NCBI GenBank assembly: GCA_038058635.1 | Contig: JBBUAP010000001.1 | Coordinates: 13,606 to 77,605 of the forward strand | Direction: 5' to 3' | Length of the DNA stretch: 64,000 nt | From: Patescibacteria group bacterium | GTDB taxonomy: Bacteria; Patescibacteriota; UBA1384; 2-12-FULL-50-11 | In this document: positions 9,344-18,099 of the stretch, piece after piece | How the letters are laid out: the number at the start of each line of letters is the position of its first letter | How positions within the stretch are numbered: position 1 is the stretch's first letter | Notes under the pieces: generated by a model | What the model was told of the DNA's origin: nothing | Database searches by the model: none | The model's input: the letters and a program-made list of their open reading frames with translations, nothing else | Position numbers and translations under genes: made by a program

Positions 9344-10255
9344 TCAAACAACTCGGTGAACAACACGTTCACCAACGGTAACGGTCACGGTGCTACCGGC
9401 CGGCCAGTCGACACCCTTTTCGATAATGCCATCTGAGAAGATGACGCCGCCCCTGGGCATCTCAGAGGTTAGTTTCAGCAAGGACCCGACGACAACTCGT
9501 CCGGTCACGATTGTCGCGCCGGTCACCGGCGAGGGGAACGGATCGCGAACGACGAAGACTAGCTCTAAGTCGGTCGGACCCGGTAGCTGCGTCAAAAGAT
9601 GGCGCCCCCGTTCTGGGATTAGACCATCGACCATCGCCACGATTGAACGTAACCAGCCGTTGGTCCCGACGCCAGTTGAGACGATCACGCCGTCCGACGA
9701 GTGTCGTTCCTCCCGACTACCAAAGGCAATCTTGTATCGGGCCGAAATGTGATCCCGGCGGCCGATAAAGATGTCGTTGATGCCCCAGACGACTTTGTCG
9801 TCGCTCGTCGTCGCTTTGACGAACGGCAGGTCCTCGACGAGGTACTTGCCATTCTTGACGCGAGTAATGACATCGCCAACCTGAGTTGGTCCAAATGGCA
9901 TTAGGTTGCCGATGATGCTGCTGGGATCGGGATTGATTCCGAGCACCAGTTGGTTTGTGACGTATTGAGCCAGGTTGACAAACAGTCCATCCGGCCCGCA
10001 GACGATCACCAGATCGTCGTCTCGAAAGAGAAACGTCGGCAAGTCGTTCCGAGAAACGGTGGTGACCGCCAGATCATTGGGGATCTGGCGGCGGACCGTT
10101 ATCAGAGCGTCTTGGTAGGTTGTGTGTTCGTCTCGATACGGAGCGATGGAGTCGCCCTTCGTTTCGAGAATGAACTGGGCCATCCCTTCAGTGAGATGCT
10201 CCCGGATCAACTCCTCGAGCCGAGTTGGTTTCGTAACCACGACGACACGATCCAT
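9344..10255 (-). CDS. NAD kinase family protein (divergent: GPDG instead of GGDG)
   Basis: DLVIVCGPDGLF in place of the GGDGT motif. NAD-kinase C-terminal-like DGVIVSTGVGTNGW (compare DGxxxSTPTGSTAY). GC-rich. Its start is coupled to the upstream gene stop (TAA-AG-ATG). Confidence 0.5.
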   Translation of the reverse strand: MDRVVVVTKPTRLEELIREHLTEGMAQFILETKGDSIAPYRDEHTTYQDALITVRRQIPNDLAVTTVSRNDLPTFLFRDDDLVIVCGPDGLFVNLAQYVTNQLVLGINPDPSSIIGNLMPFGPTQVGDVITRVKNGKYLVEDLPFVKATTSDDKVVWGINDIFIGRRDHISARYKIAFGSREERHSSDGVIVSTGVGTNGWLRSIVAMVDGLIPERGRHLLTQLPGPTDLELVFVVRDPFPSPVTGATIVTGRVVVGSLLKLTSEMPRGGVIFSDGIIEKGVDWPAGSTVTVTVGERVVHRVV

Positions 10256-10257
10256 CT

Positions 10258-11136
10258 TTAGCCTCCTTTTCTGCCGTTACTGGTAACCGCAGCGAGTAGC
10301 TCCGTCGTCAGGGCGACCGATCCGAGTTTTCCTTCCTTGGCGGCGACCATCAGTGAGGCGGCCATCAGTTTGCCGGAGTCGATGTCGATCATTGGCTTCA
10401 GACGAAGCTCGGTAGCTTCGGCTTCCGACCCGGCAAGTGCGACCATGTTCTTGCCCTGCTCGGCGACGAACATGGAACGATCAACTTCGAGCTTGAGGTT
10501 GGTCTCAGCCTCAAAAGCTCTAACCCTTCGCTCGTTATCGGCGGCTTTGAGCCGACGCTCGTGCCGGGCAGTATCCGCCGCCGAGAGCAGACCCTCGCGC
10601 TCTTCAGAGCCGATCGCTTCGTTGACTTCATCGTCGGATGGCTCGACCGTCGAGACCGAGCAGCTTTCGATTGTGACGCCACGCGCTACCAACGAGTTGG
10701 TCTCGCCAGCGATCGCCCTACGGATCGTTTCCTCAAATTGCGGCTGAGAGGTGACGGCAGTCGAGATATCGAGCTCAAGCGCCTGGGTCCGGATTGGACC
10801 AAGAACCTGATCGATCATGCTCTGCTGGAGTAACGCCTCCCATCTGCTGCGGTAGCCACCGCTGTGGTTGTCGACGGTGAAGTCGAAAGTGCTCTTGGCA
10901 ACCTGGCCGTTAAGCCTGGCCTGAATGCAGCCACTGACGGTGATTTGCTGCTTGTCGCGCGAGTACGCTTCGACAGAAAAGTTAACAACCTGTGCAATGG
11001 TTGGAACGACGGCCACAGTGGTCATCGGGCCGATCAGTCCACCCCAGCCGATCCCTCGGTCCTGGAACGTTCCTCGACTCAGAGTGAAAACGTGGCCAGT
11101 AGCACCAGCCGCGTGAAACAGTGTGATACCAAACAT
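10258..11136 (-). CDS. SPFH/band-7 (flotillin/stomatin-like) domain protein
   Basis: PHB-domain-like N-terminal half followed by an ERRLKAADNERRVRAFEAE coiled-coil region. About 60% GC, well above the window average. SD CAGGAGG precedes the ATG. Confidence 0.45.
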   Translation of the reverse strand: MFGITLFHAAGATGHVFTLSRGTFQDRGIGWGGLIGPMTTVAVVPTIAQVVNFSVEAYSRDKQQITVSGCIQARLNGQVAKSTFDFTVDNHSGGYRSRWEALLQQSMIDQVLGPIRTQALELDISTAVTSQPQFEETIRRAIAGETNSLVARGVTIESCSVSTVEPSDDEVNEAIGSEEREGLLSAADTARHERRLKAADNERRVRAFEAETNLKLEVDRSMFVAEQGKNMVALAGSEAEATELRLKPMIDIDSGKLMAASLMVAAKEGKLGSVALTTELLAAVTSNGRKGG

Positions 11137-11212
11137 CTTAGCCTCCTGGAGAGTCTCTCCGTTTCGCTCCTACATTATGTGAAGCTACGTTAGTGTATTT
11201 ACTACACTATAT

Positions 11213-11246
11213 AAATGTATTATATACACTTACTACAGCTTGTCAA
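11213..11246 (-). promoter_or_regulatory. consensus sigma-70 promoter for the GC-rich three-gene operon
   Basis: On the minus strand: TTGACA, 16-nt spacer, TATAAT. It sits in an AT-rich 140-nt spacer, about 80 nt upstream of the ATG at 11136. Confidence 0.55.
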
Positions 11247-11276
11247 TACCCTTTCTTTAGTAAATATCCCGTAAAT

Positions 11277-11651
11277 TTAGCTGGACGTTAGCAACACTTC
11301 AATTTTCTCAACGAGCTCTTTGGGGGTGATTTCGGTTTTTAGATAGTATCCCTGAACACGATTCTTGGCTTGCTCTTTATAGTCCGGGTTGGGTAGAGCG
11401 GTGAGAATGATAATCGGGATATGTTTGGTCTCCGGCAAGGTCCGGAAAACTTTGAGAGCCCCCAGCCCACCTTGGCGAGGAAGCATCAAGTCTAGCAAAA
11501 TGATATCGGGGTTATTGTTCAAGGCGACATCAATAGCCGATAAGCCGTCCCCCGCCTCAATAACCGTAAAGTTATGATGAGTGAAGGCCTCCTTATAGAG
11601 CCAGCGCAGTTCCTCGTTATCCTCGACTAACAATATCTTTTTTTGGCTCAT
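11277..11651 (-). CDS. single-domain response regulator (CheY-like receiver)
   Basis: ILLVEDNEELRWLY...DIILLDLMLP...IPIIILTA. 124 aa with no output domain. Confidence 0.85.
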   Translation of the reverse strand: MSQKKILLVEDNEELRWLYKEAFTHHNFTVIEAGDGLSAIDVALNNNPDIILLDLMLPRQGGLGALKVFRTLPETKHIPIIILTALPNPDYKEQAKNRVQGYYLKTEITPKELVEKIEVLLTSS

Positions 11652-11660
11652 CTCAATTCA

Positions 11661-14381
11661 TCATCGTAAATCAATTAATGTCTGGGTTTTAGCCCAAGAC
11701 AGCATCATCACCCGAGTTAGTTTACGCAGCTCATCAACCAAGACAATTGACAGCGCCACCATCAAGCAGAGAACCAGCGTCGGCCAGTCCAGTGCGGTCA
11801 ACCCCAAGACGCTACTGACTGCAGGCCAGTAAAGGGCACCTAGTTGTAAAACTGAGGCGATGCCAAACATCAACAAAAGCCACTTGTTGTTAAACCGACC
11901 CATCACAAACACCGAGGCCGTCGCCGAACGACTATTAAATAAGTTAAAAAGCTGAAAGAAGACTAGCGTCGTCAGGGTGGCCGAGCGAGCGTACACAGGG
12001 CCACTAGCAAACTGTCCGTAGACAAACAGCGCCCCCAGCGCCATGACGACCGATACCAGCATCATCCGAGCGATGGCTGATTTCGAAAGAATCTGCTCGT
12101 TCGGGTTCCGGGGGGGTCGTTTCATCAGGTCCTCTTCGGCCGGCTCAACCGATAAGGCCATCGAAGTTACTCCATCGGTAACCAGATTCATCCACAATAT
12201 CTGCACCGCCAAGACCGGTAATGGCCAGCCGAGCAGAACGGCGCCGATAATGACCATGATTTCCCCCAGACTAGTGGAGACGAGGTAGTAGACGATTTTT
12301 TTAATGTTTTCCCAAATTAACCGCCCTTCGGCAATGGCTGAAACGATGCCGGTGATGTTGTCATCAAGCAGGACCATATGAGACGCCTCAACGGCGATGT
12401 CGCTACCGCCACGACCCATCGCCACACCGATGTCGGCCTTTTTCAAGGCCGGGGCGTCGTTAACGCCGTCGCCAGTCATGGCGACTAACTGACCTTGCCG
12501 TTGGAGCCGTTCAATAATGAGCAGCTTGTCTCTGGGGGTCGCCCGGGCAATGACCGATACTTTCGATAGATCATGTCCAGCGATGTCTTGAGCATGAATT
12601 ATCTCGCCTTGATCAGCCAGGCCAAGTTTGCGGGCAATGTGTGAGGCCGTCAGTAAGTGGTCGCCCGTAATCATCATCGTCCGGACGCCGGCGTCTAGGG
12701 CTAAACTAATCGCTTTTTTGGCCTCGGGACGAATCGGGTCAGCCAGCGCCATAAAACCGACCCAAGTCAGATGCTGAACTAATTTGGCATTAATACTACT
12801 GGCATCTGGGTAGTCAGCGTAGGCCAGGGCGACCAGCCGATAGCCAGATTCGGCCAGCGTATCGGCTTGGCGGGTCAGGTTGTCTCGATCGGTTGGCAAC
12901 AAGCGGCGTTTCTTGCTCCCGGCCACAAAATCGCAAAGCGCAATTAAGCGCTCCGGTGAGCCCTTGACGATAATTCGGTGATGATGATCAAACTGATGGA
13001 TTGAAGCCGAGTAGCGCAACTCTTGATCGAAGGGTATTTCTAGGAGCTCGGGATACTCCCGCTCCTCCTCAAAGGCGTAATAGCCCGCTTTGGCCGCCAC
13101 CACCGCCAGCGCTGTCTCGGTCGGGTCGGTCAGCTGTCTGGCCCGATTTTTCAGCAGATCGTCTTTGGAGATCGATGACATCGTCGCCAGGCTGGCCAGT
13201 TTTAAGATTAAATTAAGTTGTGGCACTTTAGTCTCGGCGATCTTGTCGCCTGCTTCAAAAAACGAACCGGTCAGATCGAATCCTCGGCCCGTGACAGTGT
13301 ATTCACCCCCTGGCAGGACAATCTTTTCGACCATCATCGCTCCCTCGGTCAGCGTGCCGGTTTTGTCAACGCAGAGCGTTGTGATGCTACCCAGCGTCTC
13401 CGTTGCCGAGAGCTGACGAATCAGCGAGTGGCGACGAAACAATCTCGTTAAACCGACCGAGAGCGTCACCGTTAGGGCGATCGGCAGACCTTCTGGCACG
13501 ACCGAAACCAATAGAGCTAGTGTCGTCCGAAACATCTCCAGAGCAGGCACGCCGTTAACACTCCCGATGACAAAAGAGATCATTGATAAAACGATCGCGC
13601 AGAGTAGCAGGGCGGAGCCCAATGTCTGTAACTTTTTCTGCAAGTCGCTCGGCGCTTCTTTAACACCCAATACTTCCCGGGCGATACTACCGAGCTCCGT
13701 TCCCATACCAGTTGAATTAACGACGGCGACCCCACGGCCGGTGACGACGAGCGTCGCCAGATAAATCATATTGTCCCGATCGAGCAATGCCGAGGCCGAG
13801 CCAATAATCGTGTCACGTTTGTGGGCCGGTAGCGATTCGCCCGTCAACGGCGCTTGATTAACGCGCAAGCTCCTGGCTTCAATTAAGCGGGCGTCGGCCG
13901 GGACGCGATCGCCAGCTTCAACGATAATGATGTCACCCAGTACTAAATAACGGGCGGATATTTTTTGTTCGACCGATTCGCGGATCACTCGAGCTTGGGG
14001 AGCGAGGATGCTTCGTAATTTGCTGATCGTTTGTTCGGCGCGATACTCTTCAAAGAACCCGATGACGGAGTTGGCTACTATAACTGCTAGAATCACCCCT
14101 AACTCGGTCCACTGTCGTTCGTAAAGCGAGATTGCCGAGGCGGCTAACAGTATGTAAACGAATGGGCTGTTGAGTTGACGAAATAGCAGTTTGAATGGTG
14201 ACGGTCGGTCAGTTTTTTTGAGTTCGTTGTAACCATGCGTAGTTAGTCGATGTCTGGCCTCCTGGTTGGTCAGGCCGTGATGTTCGTTACTGTGTAACTC
14301 AGTTAAAACCTGGGTCTTCGGTTGCGACCAAAAATCTTTCGGTACTGGTCGAGCATGGGTTAGGTGTATTGATACCATCAA
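11661..14381 (-). CDS. P-type cation-transporting ATPase (Ca2+/Mg2+-type, P2)
   Basis: Phosphorylation motif CVDKTGTLTEG, hinge MTGDGVNDAPALKKADIGVAMG, 10 predicted TM segments, 906 aa. Confidence 0.9.
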   Translation of the reverse strand: MMVSIHLTHARPVPKDFWSQPKTQVLTELHSNEHHGLTNQEARHRLTTHGYNELKKTDRPSPFKLLFRQLNSPFVYILLAASAISLYERQWTELGVILAVIVANSVIGFFEEYRAEQTISKLRSILAPQARVIRESVEQKISARYLVLGDIIIVEAGDRVPADARLIEARSLRVNQAPLTGESLPAHKRDTIIGSASALLDRDNMIYLATLVVTGRGVAVVNSTGMGTELGSIAREVLGVKEAPSDLQKKLQTLGSALLLCAIVLSMISFVIGSVNGVPALEMFRTTLALLVSVVPEGLPIALTVTLSVGLTRLFRRHSLIRQLSATETLGSITTLCVDKTGTLTEGAMMVEKIVLPGGEYTVTGRGFDLTGSFFEAGDKIAETKVPQLNLILKLASLATMSSISKDDLLKNRARQLTDPTETALAVVAAKAGYYAFEEEREYPELLEIPFDQELRYSASIHQFDHHHRIIVKGSPERLIALCDFVAGSKKRRLLPTDRDNLTRQADTLAESGYRLVALAYADYPDASSINAKLVQHLTWVGFMALADPIRPEAKKAISLALDAGVRTMMITGDHLLTASHIARKLGLADQGEIIHAQDIAGHDLSKVSVIARATPRDKLLIIERLQRQGQLVAMTGDGVNDAPALKKADIGVAMGRGGSDIAVEASHMVLLDDNITGIVSAIAEGRLIWENIKKIVYYLVSTSLGEIMVIIGAVLLGWPLPVLAVQILWMNLVTDGVTSMALSVEPAEEDLMKRPPRNPNEQILSKSAIARMMLVSVVMALGALFVYGQFASGPVYARSATLTTLVFFQLFNLFNSRSATASVFVMGRFNNKWLLLMFGIASVLQLGALYWPAVSSVLGLTALDWPTLVLCLMVALSIVLVDELRKLTRVMMLSWAKTQTLIDLR

Positions 14382-14409
14382 TACCAGGATATCCTAAATC
14401 AGTCACAGC

Positions 14410-14520
14410 GGGGAATTACTGAATAACTAAATTACGAAATTACTGAATTAAAAGCTTCCACAATTCAGTAGCTTCGAACGAAGTGAGAAGCGAGCGAAGC
14501 GACATTCAGTAATTGTATAA
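14410..14520. promoter_or_regulatory. array of ATTACTGAAT / ATTCAGTAAT dyad repeats upstream of the ATPase operon
   Basis: ATTACTGAAT occurs twice and its reverse complement ATTCAGTAAT twice within 110 nt, immediately upstream of the ATPase start. Confidence 0.4.
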
Positions 14521-14534
14521 TTTAGTAATTATCT

Positions 14535-14702
14535 TCAGTTTGATGTGGTTTTTTGCTCGGCGTCTTCAAGCTGGTCGGCATTGAAAGAGTCGCCAGTATT
14601 ATTGGTCTCGTTTTTTGTCGTCGTCTTCCGATCCGTCATCACGCCGAGAATGATCAACACCACGACCAAAACTACCGCCACGCCATAAAAGACTTTCTTC
14701 AT
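14535..14702 (-). CDS. small membrane protein (hypothetical)
   Basis: MKKVFYGVAVVLVVVLIILGVM is a single TM helix followed by a polar tail. Weak support. Confidence 0.3.
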   Translation of the reverse strand: MKKVFYGVAVVLVVVLIILGVMTDRKTTTKNETNNTGDSFNADQLEDAEQKTTSN

Positions 14703-14800
14703 GCTACTGACACTAGACTTGGGTGGAATGGTAGTCAAGACCATCTGCCGAAGAAGGATTGCCTTGATAAATATTTAGCTCAAATTTTGGGTCTAGGGTG

Positions 14801-14829
14801 TTGACTTTTTAACGATTATATGGTATAGT
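14801..14829 (+). promoter_or_regulatory. sigma-70 promoter for the plus-strand GC-rich gene
   Basis: TTGACT, 17-nt spacer, TATAGT. A 130-nt leader follows before the SD AGGAG and the ATG at 14960. Confidence 0.5.
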
Positions 14830-14959
14830 CATGACGCTAATACGAGGTATTGGTGGTCGTGGTTGTACCGAACAGCCAAAGAAATCAGTGCGTTACCTTC
14901 GGGTAGCGGCACAAACGGGAGGGATGTCACCCGGGAAAGACATCAGGAGCACGTTTACA

Positions 14960-15718
14960 ATGAAAACAACGATATGGTGGGTCGGTCTGACCCTTTTCGT
15001 CCTCGGCACCCTTGGAGCATTTGCCCCTCCGGAGAACTATCCGGGTTGGTGGGCCAAGGCGTGGGGAATGACCTTCCCCTATCAAACGGACGCGACGAAG
15101 ACGCAGTCGCATGATCCGGCCGTCGCCGGCCAGATTTGGACCGGTCGCGGACTCAAGGGAGTTGGCGGGAACACCCGTCTCGAGCTCGAACAGCCGGCGC
15201 TCCGCAAAGAAGCGGCAGCCGGCGACGCAAGGGTCGATGGCAGGGCGCAGCATCGAGTCTATCTCGTCCTCGTGGCGGTGATTGGACTCTTCCTGATGTA
15301 CCTCGGTCTTCGTCAAGAGGATCGTGAGCGTGAGGAAAGACGGTTTGAGCGGCTCGAGGGACAGCTGCCGAACCAAACCACGCCCGACAGCACTAAGACA
15401 TCGGTGCCCTCACAACCGACAGTCTCCCAAGGCAAGAGCACACCTCTCGAGCCGATGAACGACGATCCCGAGCCTAACTGGTGGCAGCTTCTATGGGCGC
15501 CTTGGCGGCGCACTTCACGCGAGCGCCAGTCCGTGATCGCAGCCCCGACAGAGCCGATCGATATCAACATCGTCGTTGAGTCGTTCGACGGAGACAAGTC
15601 GAAAGCACGACATGTGCTGACGGCGAGCTTGCCGGCAATGACCGTTCATTCGGTCAAAGCCCACCTCAGGGTGGGTACCAACGACACCGTCCAGGAGATG
15701 GGTCTCGACGTCCACTAA
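14960..15718 (+). CDS. hypothetical membrane protein, GC-rich (probably foreign)
   Basis: Start at the ATG at 14960 with SD AGGAGC 9 nt upstream, within ORF 14831..15718. Two TM helices. About 62% GC with G/C-ending codons. It is the only plus-strand gene in a minus-strand block. Confidence 0.45.
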   Translation: MKTTIWWVGLTLFVLGTLGAFAPPENYPGWWAKAWGMTFPYQTDATKTQSHDPAVAGQIWTGRGLKGVGGNTRLELEQPALRKEAAAGDARVDGRAQHRVYLVLVAVIGLFLMYLGLRQEDREREERRFERLEGQLPNQTTPDSTKTSVPSQPTVSQGKSTPLEPMNDDPEPNWWQLLWAPWRRTSRERQSVIAAPTEPIDINIVVESFDGDKSKARHVLTASLPAMTVHSVKAHLRVGTNDTVQEMGLDVH

Positions 15719-15736
15719 GACGTCCCCCATCTCCCC

Positions 15737-15770
15737 GAGCGCAGGAATAAACCCCTGCGCTCGTTTTTTA
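15737..15770 (+). terminator. rho-independent terminator
   Basis: gagcgcagg-aataaaccc-cctgcgctc 9-bp stem followed by gtttttta. Confidence 0.6.
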
Positions 15771-15780
15771 TACCTATTTG

Positions 15781-15851
15781 TTCCGGGACTTGGATTCGAA
15801 CCAAGGTTGCCAGGCTCAGAACCTGGAGGCCTACCACTAGCCGATCCCGGA
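15781..15851 (-). tRNA. tRNA-Gln (anticodon CUG)
   Basis: TCCGGGATCGGCTAGTGGTAGGCCTCCAGGTTCTGAGCCTGGCAACCTTGGTTCGAATCCAAGTCCCGGAA. Perfect acceptor. Anticodon loop TTCTGAG. Confidence 0.85.
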
Positions 15852-15854
15852 GTA

Positions 15855-16541
15855 TTAATCCTTCGAGAAAGATATTAATTCAATAAACTTCGCTACCTCC
15901 AACTTTCTTGCTAACCTCACATCTCGATGCCTGAACTGTGGATTGTAACCAAGTCTCAAAAGCGCATTGTAAACATCCTCAAGTAAACTATGGTTGTAGC
16001 TTGTGTATTTTATCACGCAAGTATGATTATTTGAATCAACACAGAGGTTTCCGTCACTCTCAAACATCCCCTTTAGACAACGGACTAGATGCAAATTACT
16101 TCTTTTTATCCACGCGGGTACCCGTAGCTCGTGTCGTATCTTAATACCGGTCGGAAAATCAAGCCTAGACGAAATATGTTTTTGGTATAGATATACATCA
16201 ACACATTTGGAGTCCTTCCGGATCCGGATTGTAGGCTTCTTCTTAAAGATTTCCTCGGTTAACTTCGCTAACCGCCCAATTCTCTTCTGCTCCTTGGAAT
16301 TGAAGCATAGCGTTAGTTTCTCTGTTCTTGGGTATCGCTCGACACAGCCATCCCCTAGAAGTACGCCATAGAATTCGGCAGAATCAGGGCTGCGTTCTAG
16401 TTGTGCATAATATACTGGGTGAGCTACCTCCCATTTTCGAAAATTGCTTTGCATCCTACCCGACATAGTGAGCGACATTTTCATCAGGCTGGGATGATTA
16501 TCTTTAGTGAGACCCTTATTCCAAGGAGTTCTACCTTTCAT
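15855..16541 (-). CDS. LAGLIDADG-family homing endonuclease (double-motif, freestanding)
   Basis: Two LAGLIDADG-type motifs, FYGVLLGDGCV and CLKGMFESDGNL. N-terminal GRTPWNKG. AT-rich relative to its neighbours. It ends 3 nt before tRNA-Gln. Confidence 0.7.
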   Translation of the reverse strand: MKGRTPWNKGLTKDNHPSLMKMSLTMSGRMQSNFRKWEVAHPVYYAQLERSPDSAEFYGVLLGDGCVERYPRTEKLTLCFNSKEQKRIGRLAKLTEEIFKKKPTIRIRKDSKCVDVYLYQKHISSRLDFPTGIKIRHELRVPAWIKRSNLHLVRCLKGMFESDGNLCVDSNNHTCVIKYTSYNHSLLEDVYNALLRLGYNPQFRHRDVRLARKLEVAKFIELISFSKD

Positions 16542-16626
16542 ACTATAAGTATAACCTGATATTTTCCTACCACTAGACGATCACCGGAATTCTTTGAAAT
16601 TCTATCTGAAACAGGTTTGCTAGCCA

Positions 16627-18099
16627 CTACCTAGCTGAAAGTTTCTTGATCGCTGTATTGAGGCGCTTGGTCGACTCTTCCTTACCAATTACAGATAATA
16701 ATTCGAAAGCACCTGGTGAGGCGTCGCGACCAGACAAGGCGACTCGAACAGCCCAGAGCAGTTCGCCGTCCTTAATTTTCAAGTCCTCGGCGGCCCCACG
16801 CAGAGCCGGCTCGACTTCATCAAGTCCCAATGTTTTTAGTTCACTCACGACCTTAACGGCCGATTTCAGGGCGGCCAAAGTATTGGCTTCGGTCGATTTC
16901 TTGGCGACTAATAATGATTGTTCATATTTCGGGCTAATGAAGAAGTAACCAATCTGATCTTCGATTTCACTCAGTAGCTTGAGCCGATCGTGGACCAAAG
17001 CAATCGCATTCAAATAGTAGTCGGGCTCTTCCGTGACGGCTTTTTGCAGTTCATTATTGGTGATGAATTCGCGTCCGGCATCGGCCACTTCACCGATCGA
17101 TTTTTGGCGAAGATAGTAGCCGTTCATCCAAAGCAATTTTTCGGAATCGAAAATAGATGGACTTGTGCCAACTCGGTTGATTTCAAACTCATCGATCAGT
17201 TCCGACATTGAAAATATTTCCCGTTCAGTGCCCGAATTCCAGCCCAAAAGCGCGATGTAATTTACCAGAGCATCTGGCAGAAAGCCCTTGGCTTTATAGT
17301 CGTCCGAGATCGAAACCGGATTTTTGCGCTTGCTCATTTTTGAGCGGTCTTTGTTGAAAATAAGCGGGAAGTGACCGAATTGTGGGCTCAAAAAATTGAG
17401 GGCGTCAGCCAAAAGTATTTGTTTAGCGGTGTTGACTAAATGCTCCTCGCCCCGCAGGACATGGCTAATTTTCATCAGATTATCGTCAATAACATTTGAC
17501 AGGACAAACAGCGGCATACCGTCCGAGCGTTGAATGACGAAATCGCCAAACAAGCCGGCATCAAATTCGACCTTGCCTTTGATTAGATCGTCAAAACTGA
17601 CCTTTTGCGGTTCAACAACAAAACGGACGGCGCTAGAACGATGTTCTCGCTCGAACTGGTCGATCTCTGTGGCCGACAAATGCCGACATCGGCCGGAGTA
17701 TTTTGGGGCGGAGCCCTGGCTCTGCTGGCTCTCCCGTTCGGCCGCTAACTCTTCCGGCGTACAGTAACAACGGTAAGCCAGTTTCTTATCGATGAGTTGC
17801 AACACGAACGGGTCGTAAAGCCCGAGCCGTTCCTTTTGAAAGTACGGCCCGTAAGGCCCGCCGACTTCCGGTCCTTCGTCCCAGTCCATGCCGAGCCACT
17901 TCAACCCGTCGAGGATATCTTTCAGCGATGAGTCGTCGTGTCGTTGTTGATCGGTATCCTCTACTCGCACAACAAACTTACCGCCAAATTTCTTGGCAAA
18001 CAAATAATTGAACAGGGCTGTACGGGCCGTGCCAATATGGAACTTGCCGGTTGGGCTAGGAGCAATCCTTACTCTGATTTCGTCAGCCATTGAATTCAA
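16627..18099 (-). CDS. gltX: glutamyl-tRNA synthetase
   Basis: HIGH as PSPTGKFHIGTART and KMSKS as KMSKRKN. 490 aa. Confidence 0.9.
   Translation of the reverse strand: MNSMADEIRVRIAPSPTGKFHIGTARTALFNYLFAKKFGGKFVVRVEDTDQQRHDDSSLKDILDGLKWLGMDWDEGPEVGGPYGPYFQKERLGLYDPFVLQLIDKKLAYRCYCTPEELAAERESQQSQGSAPKYSGRCRHLSATEIDQFEREHRSSAVRFVVEPQKVSFDDLIKGKVEFDAGLFGDFVIQRSDGMPLFVLSNVIDDNLMKISHVLRGEEHLVNTAKQILLADALNFLSPQFGHFPLIFNKDRSKMSKRKNPVSISDDYKAKGFLPDALVNYIALLGWNSGTEREIFSMSELIDEFEINRVGTSPSIFDSEKLLWMNGYYLRQKSIGEVADAGREFITNNELQKAVTEEPDYYLNAIALVHDRLKLLSEIEDQIGYFFISPKYEQSLLVAKKSTEANTLAALKSAVKVVSELKTLGLDEVEPALRGAAEDLKIKDGELLWAVRVALSGRDASPGAFELLSVIGKEESTKRLNTAIKKLSAR

Noticed and set aside
3298-13764. Numerous 60 to 150-aa ORFs antisense to or nested in ileS, the P-type ATPase, the NAD-kinase-like gene and others
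   Set aside because: They overlap strongly supported long genes and have no SD or motifs. These are typical spurious ORFs.
14830-14960. Known riboswitch class in the 130-nt leader of the GC-rich gene
   Set aside because: I compared it by eye with c-di-GMP-I, guanidine-III, ZTP and fluoride consensus features. Only fragmentary resemblance, no full core.
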